From positions 7,001 to 71,000 of the forward strand of contig CAYMDW010000004.1 of NCBI GenBank assembly GCA_964389615.1: DNA of 64,000 nucleotides, read 5' to 3'. Below, piece by piece: positions 49,029 through 58,143 of this stretch (position 1 is its first letter; the number at the start of each line of letters is the position of its first letter). Made by a program: the position numbers and the translations under genes. The DNA is from an uncultured Gammaproteobacteria bacterium (GTDB taxonomy: Bacteria; Pseudomonadota; Gammaproteobacteria; JABCZS01). The notes below the pieces were generated by a model. It worked only from the letters and a program-made list of their open reading frames with translations. It was not told the DNA's origin and did no database searches.

Positions 49029-51434
49029 ATGACAGGCATAAACAATAAATCGCAATTTGAAATAATGGATATGTCACACGAAGACATGCCTCAAACCAGC
49101 AATCAGGAAAAGCCAAGCAAACTTCCGAAACGTTTGTATTTGCTTCCCTTGGTGGAGCGTCCCTTTTTCCCTCCCCAAACACTCCCTATATTATTAGATG
49201 TGGATCCATGGCTCAAAACCATTGAAAAAGCCTCTGAATCCAAAGTCGCGATGATTGGTCTCGTTCTCTCGCGCGCGGAAAGCTCCGACGATGCGACTCC
49301 TAAAGATATATTCACGATAGGTACCGCGATACGGCTCCATCAACCCACCCAATCAGAGAATCAAGTCCAGGTCATTGCAGAAGGCGTGACCCGTTTTCGA
49401 ATCAAAAAATGGATTCATAAGACCCCTCCTTTCTTAGTAGAAGTCGAATATCCGGAAGATACCAGCAGCGCCAAGTCAGGGCAAGACAAGGCCTATTCTG
49501 TCGCCATCATTAATACCTTAAAGGAACTGATCCCCCTCAACCCTCTCTATAGTGAAGAGTTAAAATTCTTTTTAAAACGGTTTATTCCTAACGACCCCTC
49601 GCATCTAGCTGATTTTGCGGCAAGTTTGACCAGCGCGACCCGTGATGAACTGCAAAACGTGCTCTCTACCCTAGACGTGAGCAAACGTCTGAAAAAAGTC
49701 GTGACCCTGCTCAAAAAAGAAATTGAAATGGTGAAACTTCAGGCAAGAATCAGCCAAGAAGTCGATGAGAAAATGAATGAGCAACAACGTCATTTTTTCC
49801 TGACAGAACAAATGAAAGCGATTCAAAAAGAATTAGGGATCGCCAAAGATGATAGAACGGCCGAGATTGAACGTTTCGAAGAAAAGATTCACCAAGCCGA
49901 AGTTCCGCCTCATGCCAAAGTACGCATCGAAGAAGAAATGGAAAAGCTCTCCGTCTTGGAAATGGGCTCACCCGAATACACTATCACAAGGAATTATTTG
50001 GATATTTTGACGAACCTTCCTTGGAATCATTATTCTAAAGATAAACTCAGCCTTCAAAATGCTCGTCGCATTTTAAATAAAGAACACGAAAGCCTGGATG
50101 ATATCAAAGACCGAATCATTGAATTCATCGCGATTGGCGCCCTTCGGGGAAAAATTGGGGGATCTATTTTATTATTTGTCGGTCCTCCTGGCGTAGGTAA
50201 AACGTCCATCGGTCGCTCGATTGCCAATGCCGTCGGACGAAAATTCTTTCGTTTCTCAGTCGGCGGTATGCGCGACGAGGCTGAAATCAAGGGACATCGA
50301 CGGACCTATGTCGGCGCCATGCCAGGTAAAATCATTCAATGCCTCAAAGAAGTGAATACCGCCAATCCGATTATTATGATTGATGAGATCGATAAAATCG
50401 GCAGCTCCTATCAGGGCGATCCCGCCTCGGCTTTATTAGAGGTCTTAGACCCAGAACAAAATAAAGATTTTTTAGATCATTACCTGGATGTTCGATTTGA
50501 TTGCTCCAAAATCATGTTCATCTGCACCGCGAACCAAATCGATACCATTCCACAAGCCTTGCTGGACCGGATGGAGGTCATGCATTTGGCAGGTTATCTA
50601 AACGAAGAAAAAATGAAAATCGCTCAAAAACATTTATGGCCCCGCTGCCTCAAAAACAGCGGATTGACGCGTTCGCAATTACGTCTCACGGAATCCGGAC
50701 TTCGCCTGATTATCGAAGAATATGCCCGCGAATCGGGCGTTCGCTCGCTCCAAAAATTCTTAGGCCGGATCGCCCGTAAAGCCGCGGTAAAAATCGTCAA
50801 CGGGAAAACCGATAAAATCGTCGTGGGGTCACGAGACATTCAACAGTACTTAGGACTCCCTCCCTACGAAAATGAAGAAGCCTTGAAAGGCGTGGGTATT
50901 GTCACCGGCTTGGCTTGGACCACCCTGGGCGGAGCCATTCTCAGTATTGAGGCTAGCCAGCATGAGGCTCAAACACGTGGGTTTAAATTCACGGGTCAAA
51001 TGGGTGAGGTCATGAAAGAATCTGCCGAGATTGCTTACAGCTACGTGCTGAGCAGCCTCAGCGAGCATCAGATCAATCCTTATGTTTTTCACAACACCAT
51101 GGTTCATTTGCATATTCCTGACGGCGCCACCCCCAAAGACGGTCCCAGCGCAGGGATCGCCATGGCAACCGCCCTGCTCTCTTTAGCCATGGGTAAACCG
51201 ATGGATCGCCCCTTGGCCATGACGGGGGAAATCACCCTCACGGGTCATGTGCTAGCAGTCGGTGGCATACGCGAAAAACTGATTGCAGCCAAACGGGCTA
51301 ATATCACTGAAATTATTTTGCCCGAGGCAGTACGTAAGGATTTTGTGGAATTACCCAAGTTCATTAAAGATGGCTTGAAGATCCATTTTGTAAAACATTA
51401 CCGAGAAGTATTCAAGATTGTCTTTGGGAGCTGA
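49029..51434 (+). CDS. lon: ATP-dependent Lon protease
   Basis: LON N-domain, Walker [10 protein letters not shown], protease Ser motif [11 protein letters not shown]; 801 aa. GGAGAG SD. Confidence 0.95.
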   Translation: MTGINNKSQFEIMDMSHEDMPQTSNQEKPSKLPKRLYLLPLVERPFFPPQTLPILLDVDPWLKTIEKASESKVAMIGLVLSRAESSDDATPKDIFTIGTAIRLHQPTQSENQVQVIAEGVTRFRIKKWIHKTPPFLVEVEYPEDTSSAKSGQDKAYSVAIINTLKELIPLNPLYSEELKFFLKRFIPNDPSHLADFAASLTSATRDELQNVLSTLDVSKRLKKVVTLLKKEIEMVKLQARISQEVDEKMNEQQRHFFLTEQMKAIQKELGIAKDDRTAEIERFEEKIHQAEVPPHAKVRIEEEMEKLSVLEMGSPEYTITRNYLDILTNLPWNHYSKDKLSLQNARRILNKEHESLDDIKDRIIEFIAIGALRGKIGGSILLFVGPPGVGKTSIGRSIANAVGRKFFRFSVGGMRDEAEIKGHRRTYVGAMPGKIIQCLKEVNTANPIIMIDEIDKIGSSYQGDPASALLEVLDPEQNKDFLDHYLDVRFDCSKIMFICTANQIDTIPQALLDRMEVMHLAGYLNEEKMKIAQKHLWPRCLKNSGLTRSQLRLTESGLRLIIEEYARESGVRSLQKFLGRIARKAAVKIVNGKTDKIVVGSRDIQQYLGLPPYENEEALKGVGIVTGLAWTTLGGAILSIEASQHEAQTRGFKFTGQMGEVMKESAEIAYSYVLSSLSEHQINPYVFHNTMVHLHIPDGATPKDGPSAGIAMATALLSLAMGKPMDRPLAMTGEITLTGHVLAVGGIREKLIAAKRANITEIILPEAVRKDFVELPKFIKDGLKIHFVKHYREVFKIVFGS

Positions 51435-51438
51435 GCGC

Positions 51439-52389
51439 TTAAACATCCCGAAGCAAAGCTTCCATCATGTCGAGATGATCTTCCCGATCATTCAAGGCGG
51501 GAATGTAGTGCAAACGTTCCCCACCGGCCGCGATAAACCCTTCTTTGTTCGCAATTTCTAATTCTTCGAGTGTTTCCAGGCAATCGGCTGCAAAGGCTGG
51601 ACTGATGATATCCACGTGTTTGATGCCCTGGGCTGCCCATTGTGCGAGGGTATGGTCCGTATAAGGGGGAACCCAGAGGGTGGGCCCAAAGCGTGATTGG
51701 TAAGCCAATTGATACTGATCGGGGCGCAGGCCCAAGAGCGTCGCCACGGCCTTGACTGTGGCTTCACACTGCGTGGGATAAGGATCGCCTTGATCAACGT
51801 ATTTTTGTGGCAAGCCATGAAATGAAAATAACAATCGCTCCCCTCTGCCCTCACGCGCCCAATGTTCTGTCACGGTGTTCGCCAGGGCTTGAATATAGAG
51901 CGGATGATCATAATACGCAGGAATGACCCTCATGGGAGGCAGAGTGATTTTTTTGCCTACTTTTTCAATGAGATCTAAGACGGAGCTGGTGGTGGTATGA
52001 GAAAACTGAGGGTACAAGGGGAAGACAGTCAACTGCTCATAGCGCCCTTGAACGATTTGACCCAATACCGACTCCATGCTCGGTGAACCGTAACGCATGG
52101 CAAAGTACACCTGCGCCTGATTTCCCAACCGTGCTTGCAAGGCATGGACCTGACGCGCGGTGATCGCCTTGATCGGCGAGCCTTCAGGGGTCCAGATGGA
52201 TTGGTAAAGCTTTGCCACCCGTTTGGAACGGGCGGGTAAAATAATGCCGTGCAATAAGGGGCACCAGAGCCAACGGGTGAGTTTGATGACGCGGCGATCA
52301 TGCAAAAATTCGGCAAGAAAACGCTTCACGCCGGCAGGAGTCGGCGTGTCTGGAGTACCGAGGTTGATGAGAAGTACCGCATCTTTCAT
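51439..52389 (-). CDS. hemH: Ferrochelatase
   Basis: 316 aa: VLLINLGTPD, LLFSFHGLPQKY, and a C-terminal E-rich metal-site region. Adjacent to adk, as in E. coli. Confidence 0.93.
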   Translation of the reverse strand: MKDAVLLINLGTPDTPTPAGVKRFLAEFLHDRRVIKLTRWLWCPLLHGIILPARSKRVAKLYQSIWTPEGSPIKAITARQVHALQARLGNQAQVYFAMRYGSPSMESVLGQIVQGRYEQLTVFPLYPQFSHTTTSSVLDLIEKVGKKITLPPMRVIPAYYDHPLYIQALANTVTEHWAREGRGERLLFSFHGLPQKYVDQGDPYPTQCEATVKAVATLLGLRPDQYQLAYQSRFGPTLWVPPYTDHTLAQWAAQGIKHVDIISPAFAADCLETLEELEIANKEGFIAAGGERLHYIPALNDREDHLDMMEALLRDV

Positions 52390-52748
52390 TTGGAAATGGC
52401 TGATATGTGCTCTTGGATCATTTCAGCGCTCAAGGCCTGAGCATCCGTGACCAAGCGTCTTAATTCGCCTTCGGTGATTGCTCCGGCTTGCATGAACACA
52501 GCCAATTGATGACGCAAAATCATGATCGTCGGAAGGGAGCGCACATTGAACTCCTCAGCCAGATCCGGCTGATCACCGACATTCACTTGGGCAAAGACCG
52601 CGTCTTTAAATTCATTCGCCAACTGTTGAAAACTCTGGCTGAACGTTTGGCAAGGTTCACACCAATCGGCTGTGAAATCAATCACCACCAAATCACTGGG
52701 GCCAACAATCGAATCAATGTTTTCTTTGGTGAGTTGAATCAAACTCAT
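52386..52748 (-). CDS. Thioredoxin-family protein (WCEPC active site)
   Basis: VVIDFTADWCEPCQTF followed by a cis-Pro region RSLPTIMI. 4-nt overlaps with adk and hemH. Confidence 0.85.
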   Translation of the reverse strand: MSLIQLTKENIDSIVGPSDLVVIDFTADWCEPCQTFSQSFQQLANEFKDAVFAQVNVGDQPDLAEEFNVRSLPTIMILRHQLAVFMQAGAITEGELRRLVTDAQALSAEMIQEHISAISK

Positions 52749-53410
52749 GAAGAGGCCCCTCCTAGGCGCTGATGAAGTCTGTCTTGAATGCGTTCTACAT
52801 CTTCCGTGGCATCCAAAGTGAAAAAATCCGGCGCATCGGGTTCATTGGACGCCGCCCAATCTTTATAATAATTGACTAAGGGTTCGGTAAGCTCATGATA
52901 CACATTCAGGCGGTTGCGAACCACGTGTTCGTGATCGTCTTCGCGTTGCACCAAAGGTTCTTGGGTATGATCGTCTTGGTTATGCACGCGCGGAGGATTA
53001 TGCTCCAGATGATAGATGCGGCCCGAACCGGGATGAACACGACGTCCACTGAGCCGTGAAATAATGACCTGATCATCGATTTCAAAGTTAATCACCAGAT
53101 CAATATGCAAGCCGACTTCACGAAGGGCGATGGCCTGCGGCAGGGTGCGAGGGAAACCATCAAAAATAAAGCCCTTGGCGCAATCCGGTTGCGACACGCG
53201 CTCTTTAACCATCGGGATAATAATCTCGTCAGGAATGAGCTCGCCAGCGTCCATCATGGCTTTAGCAATCAGGCCTAATTCGGTTTTATTGGCTACAGCC
53301 GCACGAAGCATATCGCCTGTGGCAATGATCGGAAGCTGATAAGCTTCTTGTAGAAAATGCGCCTGCGTGCCTTTTCCGGCTCCGGGCGCCCCTAACAAAA
53401 TAATGCGCAT
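52745..53410 (-). CDS. adk: Adenylate kinase
   Basis: MRIILLGAPGAGKGTQA P-loop with NMP-binding and LID regions. Start at ATG 53410; the ORF track begins at GTG 53470. Confidence 0.93.
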   Translation of the reverse strand: MRIILLGAPGAGKGTQAHFLQEAYQLPIIATGDMLRAAVANKTELGLIAKAMMDAGELIPDEIIIPMVKERVSQPDCAKGFIFDGFPRTLPQAIALREVGLHIDLVINFEIDDQVIISRLSGRRVHPGSGRIYHLEHNPPRVHNQDDHTQEPLVQREDDHEHVVRNRLNVYHELTEPLVNYYKDWAASNEPDAPDFFTLDATEDVERIQDRLHQRLGGASS

Positions 53411-53462
53411 GTGCACTCTCCAAAAAACTTCGCCCTTGGGCCCGTAGATTCTAGCACAATGC

Positions 53463-53822
53463 TTACACACTGTCCTCTTTGACGCGCTGCCATAACAGCG
53501 TTTGTTCTTCCAGTGTCAGATCAGCAAACTGATGATTTATCGACAATTCCTGCATCGCCGCGTAACGGCGCATAAACTTTCGATTGGCATGATCGAGGGC
53601 CAAGGTGGGATCAACCTTAGCCAAACGGGCCACTTGCACTACAGAAAACAAAACATCGCCAAGTTCGTCTAAGATGGAGGCAGGATCCTGATTTTCCAAG
53701 GCCTCGAGTAATTCAGCCACCTCTTCTTTTACTTTTTCCATGGCTAAAATTGGGCAAGCCCAATCAAAACCATCGGCTGATGCTTGAATACCCAGGTCTA
53801 GGGCCTGATTCATCGGACTCAT
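53463..53822 (-). CDS. mazG: MazG-like nucleoside triphosphate pyrophosphohydrolase (single-domain)
   Basis: EEVAELLEALE...ELGDVLFSVVQVARL (EExxE/ExxD metal motifs). ATGA overlap with relA, and relA-mazG synteny. Confidence 0.8.
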   Translation of the reverse strand: MSPMNQALDLGIQASADGFDWACPILAMEKVKEEVAELLEALENQDPASILDELGDVLFSVVQVARLAKVDPTLALDHANRKFMRRYAAMQELSINHQFADLTLEEQTLLWQRVKEDSV

Positions 53823-56023
53823 TTGGGAGACTCCTGGTGCACACGCTGAGCCGAAATCACATTCGGCAATTGGTTGATATGGTCGAGCAGACGGGCCAAT
53901 TTGGCCAGGTCGGGGACCTCAAGGGTGATGAGTGATTTCACCGTATTCGCACTCTTATCAGAATAGGACTCAATCCCCGTCACATTGACCGATTCATGGG
54001 CCAAGATCGAGGTAATATCCCGCAGTAAATTTTTACGATCATAAGAAAGAATTTTAATTTGAACCGCATAGACAGACTCAGAAGCCCTCCCCCAATCCAC
54101 CGCGATAATACGCTCCGGTGATTCGGTTTGTGCCTGCAAAATATTCGGGCAGTCTTGACGATGGATCGAAACGCCCCGGCCCAAGGTGATATACCCCATG
54201 ATGGGATCCCCGGGCAAGGCATGACAACAGCCCGCCATCACCGTCAACAGATTGCCCACCCCCTCAATGACGATCGCATCACTCGCCTGGCCTTCCTGAG
54301 AAATTTTCGGCGCATGCAAATAAATCTGTTGTGATTTAGGCGCTGGCTGATCTTTGATGAGTTGCGCCACGCGCAAATCACCCCGTCCAATCGCCGCATA
54401 AAGATCATCCGAGTCATGGAAATTAAAACGTTGCAATAAAGGACCCAAATCGAGCGCGGGAAGATCCAGTCGATCCAGCTCTTTATCTAAAATAAGCTTT
54501 CCTTCGTGAATATTTTCATCACGGTGCTGAAGCTTAAACCAACTGCGCGCCTTCGCGCGAGCACGGCTGGTATAGATATACCCGGAATCCGGATTGATCC
54601 AATCCCGACCGGGACGCGGTTCTTTTTGGGTGAGCATTTCAAGTTGCTCACCTGTTTTGAGCACGTAGGTCAGCGGAACAATGCGTCCATTGATTTTGGC
54701 ACCCCGGGTGCGATGCCCCAGCTGCGTATGCAAGGAATACGCGAAATCCAGCGGGGTCGACCCCTTGGGAAGATCAATGACGTCGCCCTTGGGCGTGAAG
54801 ACATAGACCCGGTCTTCGGTGACATTTTTTTGCAGTTCAGATAAGACGTCGTCGGCGCGAGTGACCTCTTCTTGCCATTCTAGAAGTGAGCGCAGCCATT
54901 TGATTTTGTGTTGGAGCTGTGGATCCGTGCTTGCATTTTCTTTGTAGGCCCAATGCGCACACACCCCTAGCTCGGATTCTTGGTGCATTTCTTGGGTGCG
55001 AATTTGCACTTCCAGGGCCTTCCCTCCGGGACCAATCACCGCCGTGTGCAAGGAACGGTAACCATTGGGTTTAGGTTGAGCAATGTAATCGTCAAATTCT
55101 TTGGGAATATGCATCCAGAGTCGATGCACCGTGCCTAAGGCACCATAACAATCAGAGATCTTATCGACCAACACACGCAAGGCGCGAACATCGTACACCT
55201 CTTCGTATTGAATATTTTTGCGGCGCATCTTATTCCAGATGGAATAAATGTGCTTCACGCGACCATTCACCTCAGCCTCAATCCCATCTTCTTTGAGCGC
55301 GGCCGTGAGCTGATCAATAACCTGGTCAATCGCCGCCTGGCGATCCAACCGCTTTTCGGCAATCAAGCTGGCAATGTGTTTATACTGCGTGGGCTCCAAA
55401 TAGCGAAAGGCCCAATCCTCCAGTTGCCATTTGATATAACCGACCCCCAATCGATTGGCCAAAGGAGCATAAATTTCACGAGCGACTTGACCCAGGGCGC
55501 GTTGTTTTTCGGGCGAATCGTGATTCGCGGCTTCGAGCAAACACAGATGCTCCGCGAGCTTGATCAAAACCACCCGCACATCCTCAACCATGGCCAATAA
55601 CATCTGACGGACATTATTGAGTTGTTGATGCTGATGTTCAGGATTATCGTATTCTGCACGCAAGACATGGACTGCGTCCATCTGCTTGACCCCACGAATC
55701 ATGCGAATGACTTCACCAGGCAGGAGTTGAGTCAATTCTTCTTCATTAAAATTCGCAGAACGCACGGTGCTGTAACAGAGTGCAGTCATCAAGGTCGGTA
55801 AATCAAGGTTCAACTGAGCCAAGAGCTCAGCCATTTTTGCGCCCTGCTGCAAAACAGAGAGAGGAACCCCTCGTGTTTGATGCAGATGCAAACAGGTCAT
55901 GCACAGCGCTTCGATTTGCTTGGGGTCCAAATGGGGACGATTGGCCACAAGATTGTCCACCCATTCTGAAATGGGACCGGGATCGGCCACATCAAATATG
56001 TGTGAGCTGCGCAGTTTAGCCAT
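53819..56023 (-). CDS. relA: GTP pyrophosphokinase RelA ((p)ppGpp synthetase I)
   Basis: 734 aa. RelA/SpoT synthetase block NGYRSLHTAVIGP...LEVQIRT, with TGS and C-terminal ACT regions. Synteny rlmD-relA-mazG. Confidence 0.93.
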   Translation of the reverse strand: MAKLRSSHIFDVADPGPISEWVDNLVANRPHLDPKQIEALCMTCLHLHQTRGVPLSVLQQGAKMAELLAQLNLDLPTLMTALCYSTVRSANFNEEELTQLLPGEVIRMIRGVKQMDAVHVLRAEYDNPEHQHQQLNNVRQMLLAMVEDVRVVLIKLAEHLCLLEAANHDSPEKQRALGQVAREIYAPLANRLGVGYIKWQLEDWAFRYLEPTQYKHIASLIAEKRLDRQAAIDQVIDQLTAALKEDGIEAEVNGRVKHIYSIWNKMRRKNIQYEEVYDVRALRVLVDKISDCYGALGTVHRLWMHIPKEFDDYIAQPKPNGYRSLHTAVIGPGGKALEVQIRTQEMHQESELGVCAHWAYKENASTDPQLQHKIKWLRSLLEWQEEVTRADDVLSELQKNVTEDRVYVFTPKGDVIDLPKGSTPLDFAYSLHTQLGHRTRGAKINGRIVPLTYVLKTGEQLEMLTQKEPRPGRDWINPDSGYIYTSRARAKARSWFKLQHRDENIHEGKLILDKELDRLDLPALDLGPLLQRFNFHDSDDLYAAIGRGDLRVAQLIKDQPAPKSQQIYLHAPKISQEGQASDAIVIEGVGNLLTVMAGCCHALPGDPIMGYITLGRGVSIHRQDCPNILQAQTESPERIIAVDWGRASESVYAVQIKILSYDRKNLLRDITSILAHESVNVTGIESYSDKSANTVKSLITLEVPDLAKLARLLDHINQLPNVISAQRVHQESPK

Positions 56024-57323
56024 GTGACCCTCGAATGAATAAGGCGATTGCCTCGGTGTGGTGCGTGTGCGTGAACATGTCCATGATGCCCGCCGACTCT
56101 AAAACATAACCCGCTTCTGCCAATAAGCCTGCATCTCTCGCCAACGTCGCCGGATTGCAAGACACGTAACAAATGCGTTCGGGCGAAAGCGTACTGATTA
56201 AGCCGATCACCGCGTCGGCGCCGGCACGTGCGGGGTCGATCATCAATTTAGTATAGGATTTTTTTGCCCAGGGCAGGTGCGAGGCGTCTTGGCTAAGATC
56301 CGCGCAATAGGCCTCAACATTATCGCAATGATTCAGCGCAGCGTTTTCGAGAACGCGCTCCACCATGGTGGCCTCCCCTTCTACGCCAGTCACCTGTTTG
56401 ACTCGTTTGGCCATGGGAAGCGTAAAATTTCCTAAACCGCAAAACAAATCGAGCACGGTGTCCTGAGGATTCAAGTCGAGCAACTCCATCGCTCGTGAAA
56501 TCATTTGTTGATTGATCACCGCATTGACTTGCATGAAGTCCAGCGGGTGAGCTTGCAACTGAATTCCAAACTCGGGAAGGGAGTAGACCAAACGACCGGT
56601 CCCGGGATGGGGGAATAGCTGATGCACTGTGCTCGGGCCTTTGGGCTGGAGATAAAGATCCACGGCATTCGTCTTTGCAAAGGCGGTTAGCTTTTCAAGA
56701 TCTTCTGCGCCCAGCGCCTGCAAATGACGCACCACGAGAGCCACTTGTGTATCGCCCACAGCGCACTCAATTTGGGGGATCTCTTGTTTCACACTCAAGG
56801 AATCAATCACGGCACGAATAGGTTCCCACAGAGCAGACAAACGCGGGTGAAGCACTTCGCAGTGGTTACAATCGGTGATGTAACGACCCGAGCGCTCACG
56901 GAATCCTAAAATCACTTTTCCTTTTTTCGCGACATATTTCAAACCAATGCGCGCCTTACGACGGTAGTGGTAGGGATCCGTACGCAGAGGTTCGAGGACA
57001 GTCTTGGGTTGAATATGACCGAAATGCGCGAGCTGCTCAAGAAGGACACTTTGTTTGAGCTTGATTTGTTCGTCTTGGGTGACGTGCTGCAACGAACAGC
57101 CTCCACAGACCGTGTAATGTTCGCAAGCAGGAGTCACTCGACTGTTGTCGCCCGAGAGCACCTCAAGGGTATTAGCCTCGCTGTAATTACGTTTACTCAT
57201 TTGAATGGCAATGCGCACACGCTCTCCAGGCAGGGCATGAGAAACAAAGCAGGTTTTGCCTTCAATGTGGGCAATGCCCCGACCATCGTGACTCAATTTT
57301 TCGATGATGACTTCGTGTTGCAT
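56016..57323 (-). CDS. rlmD: 23S rRNA (uracil1939-C5)-methyltransferase RlmD (RumA)
   Basis: TRAM N-domain, Fe-S Cys cluster (CEHYTVCGGC...C), SAM site VLDLFCGLGNFTLP, catalytic C in YVSCNP. Confidence 0.92.
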   Translation of the reverse strand: MQHEVIIEKLSHDGRGIAHIEGKTCFVSHALPGERVRIAIQMSKRNYSEANTLEVLSGDNSRVTPACEHYTVCGGCSLQHVTQDEQIKLKQSVLLEQLAHFGHIQPKTVLEPLRTDPYHYRRKARIGLKYVAKKGKVILGFRERSGRYITDCNHCEVLHPRLSALWEPIRAVIDSLSVKQEIPQIECAVGDTQVALVVRHLQALGAEDLEKLTAFAKTNAVDLYLQPKGPSTVHQLFPHPGTGRLVYSLPEFGIQLQAHPLDFMQVNAVINQQMISRAMELLDLNPQDTVLDLFCGLGNFTLPMAKRVKQVTGVEGEATMVERVLENAALNHCDNVEAYCADLSQDASHLPWAKKSYTKLMIDPARAGADAVIGLISTLSPERICYVSCNPATLARDAGLLAEAGYVLESAGIMDMFTHTHHTEAIALFIRGSHG

Positions 57324-57326
57324 GGC

Positions 57327-58097
57327 CTATGACTCCCAGGCGTTTAAAAACTCGTTGAAATGTGGCTCATTCAATTCTTTCAATTTGGCGCGAACCAGAT
57401 CTTGTTCGTCTTGCCAGGCTTTGTCAGACAATTTGCCGCGCATGTGATCAAAGGCAAGATAAATGAGGTAGGTATTCAGGACATCCACCTCACAATAATC
57501 GCGAATTTCTTTGAGCTTGCCTTGTTGATAGGCTTCCCAAACGTGGGCCCCGCCTATCCCCATTTTACCGGGGAAGCCCAGCATGGAGGCAATGTGATCC
57601 AAAGGCGCATTGGCCCGGCTTTGATACGCGGCCAGCAGGTCCATTAAATCGATGTGCCTTAAATGAAAACGACCTAAATAATTATTGAATTTAAAATCAC
57701 GGTCATTGTCGCCTAAGTCCCAATACTGGGGAGCCTGAACCCCGTTTTTGAGGGCCCGGTAATGCAAGACGGGCAAGTCAAAGCCCCCGCCGTTCCAAGA
57801 CACCAGGGTGGGGACATAACGGTCCAAGCCCTTGTAAAAACGTTCAATCAGGTCTTTTTCGGTGCTGCTTTCTTCCCCTAAAGACCAGACCGTCAGTTTA
57901 TCCTGATGGCGAAGCACACAAGATATGGCGACCACTTGTTGAAGATAATGGGGGAAGAAGTCAGATTTACCCTCGCCTCGGCGCAAGGCTTTGACCGCCT
58001 CGACCGTGTCCGCATCGCTCAGCCCACTTAAGTTGTACAACTTACGGCAAGCCTGAACATCAGGAATGGTTTCAATATCAAAGACAAAGACGTTCAT
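57327..58097 (-). CDS. Predicted 3'-5' exonuclease (PolB-exonuclease-like, DNA_pol_B_exo2 type)
   Basis: MNVFVFDIETIPD (ExoI DxE), SWNGGGFDLPVL (ExoII), and a YCEVDV (ExoIII-like) motif. Confidence 0.75.
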   Translation of the reverse strand: MNVFVFDIETIPDVQACRKLYNLSGLSDADTVEAVKALRRGEGKSDFFPHYLQQVVAISCVLRHQDKLTVWSLGEESSTEKDLIERFYKGLDRYVPTLVSWNGGGFDLPVLHYRALKNGVQAPQYWDLGDNDRDFKFNNYLGRFHLRHIDLMDLLAAYQSRANAPLDHIASMLGFPGKMGIGGAHVWEAYQQGKLKEIRDYCEVDVLNTYLIYLAFDHMRGKLSDKAWQDEQDLVRAKLKELNEPHFNEFLNAWES

Positions 58098-58100
58098 AAG

Positions 58101-58120
58101 GGCCCCTGCACAAAGGGGCC
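58101..58120. terminator. 7-bp GC hairpin between B1 and the exonuclease gene
   Basis: GGCCCCT-GCACAA-AGGGGCC, 24 nt downstream of the B1 stop (minus strand). No U-tract. A TATAAT (read on the minus strand) lies just upstream of it. Confidence 0.3.
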
Positions 58121-58143
58121 ATTATACAACAAAATGAAAGCGA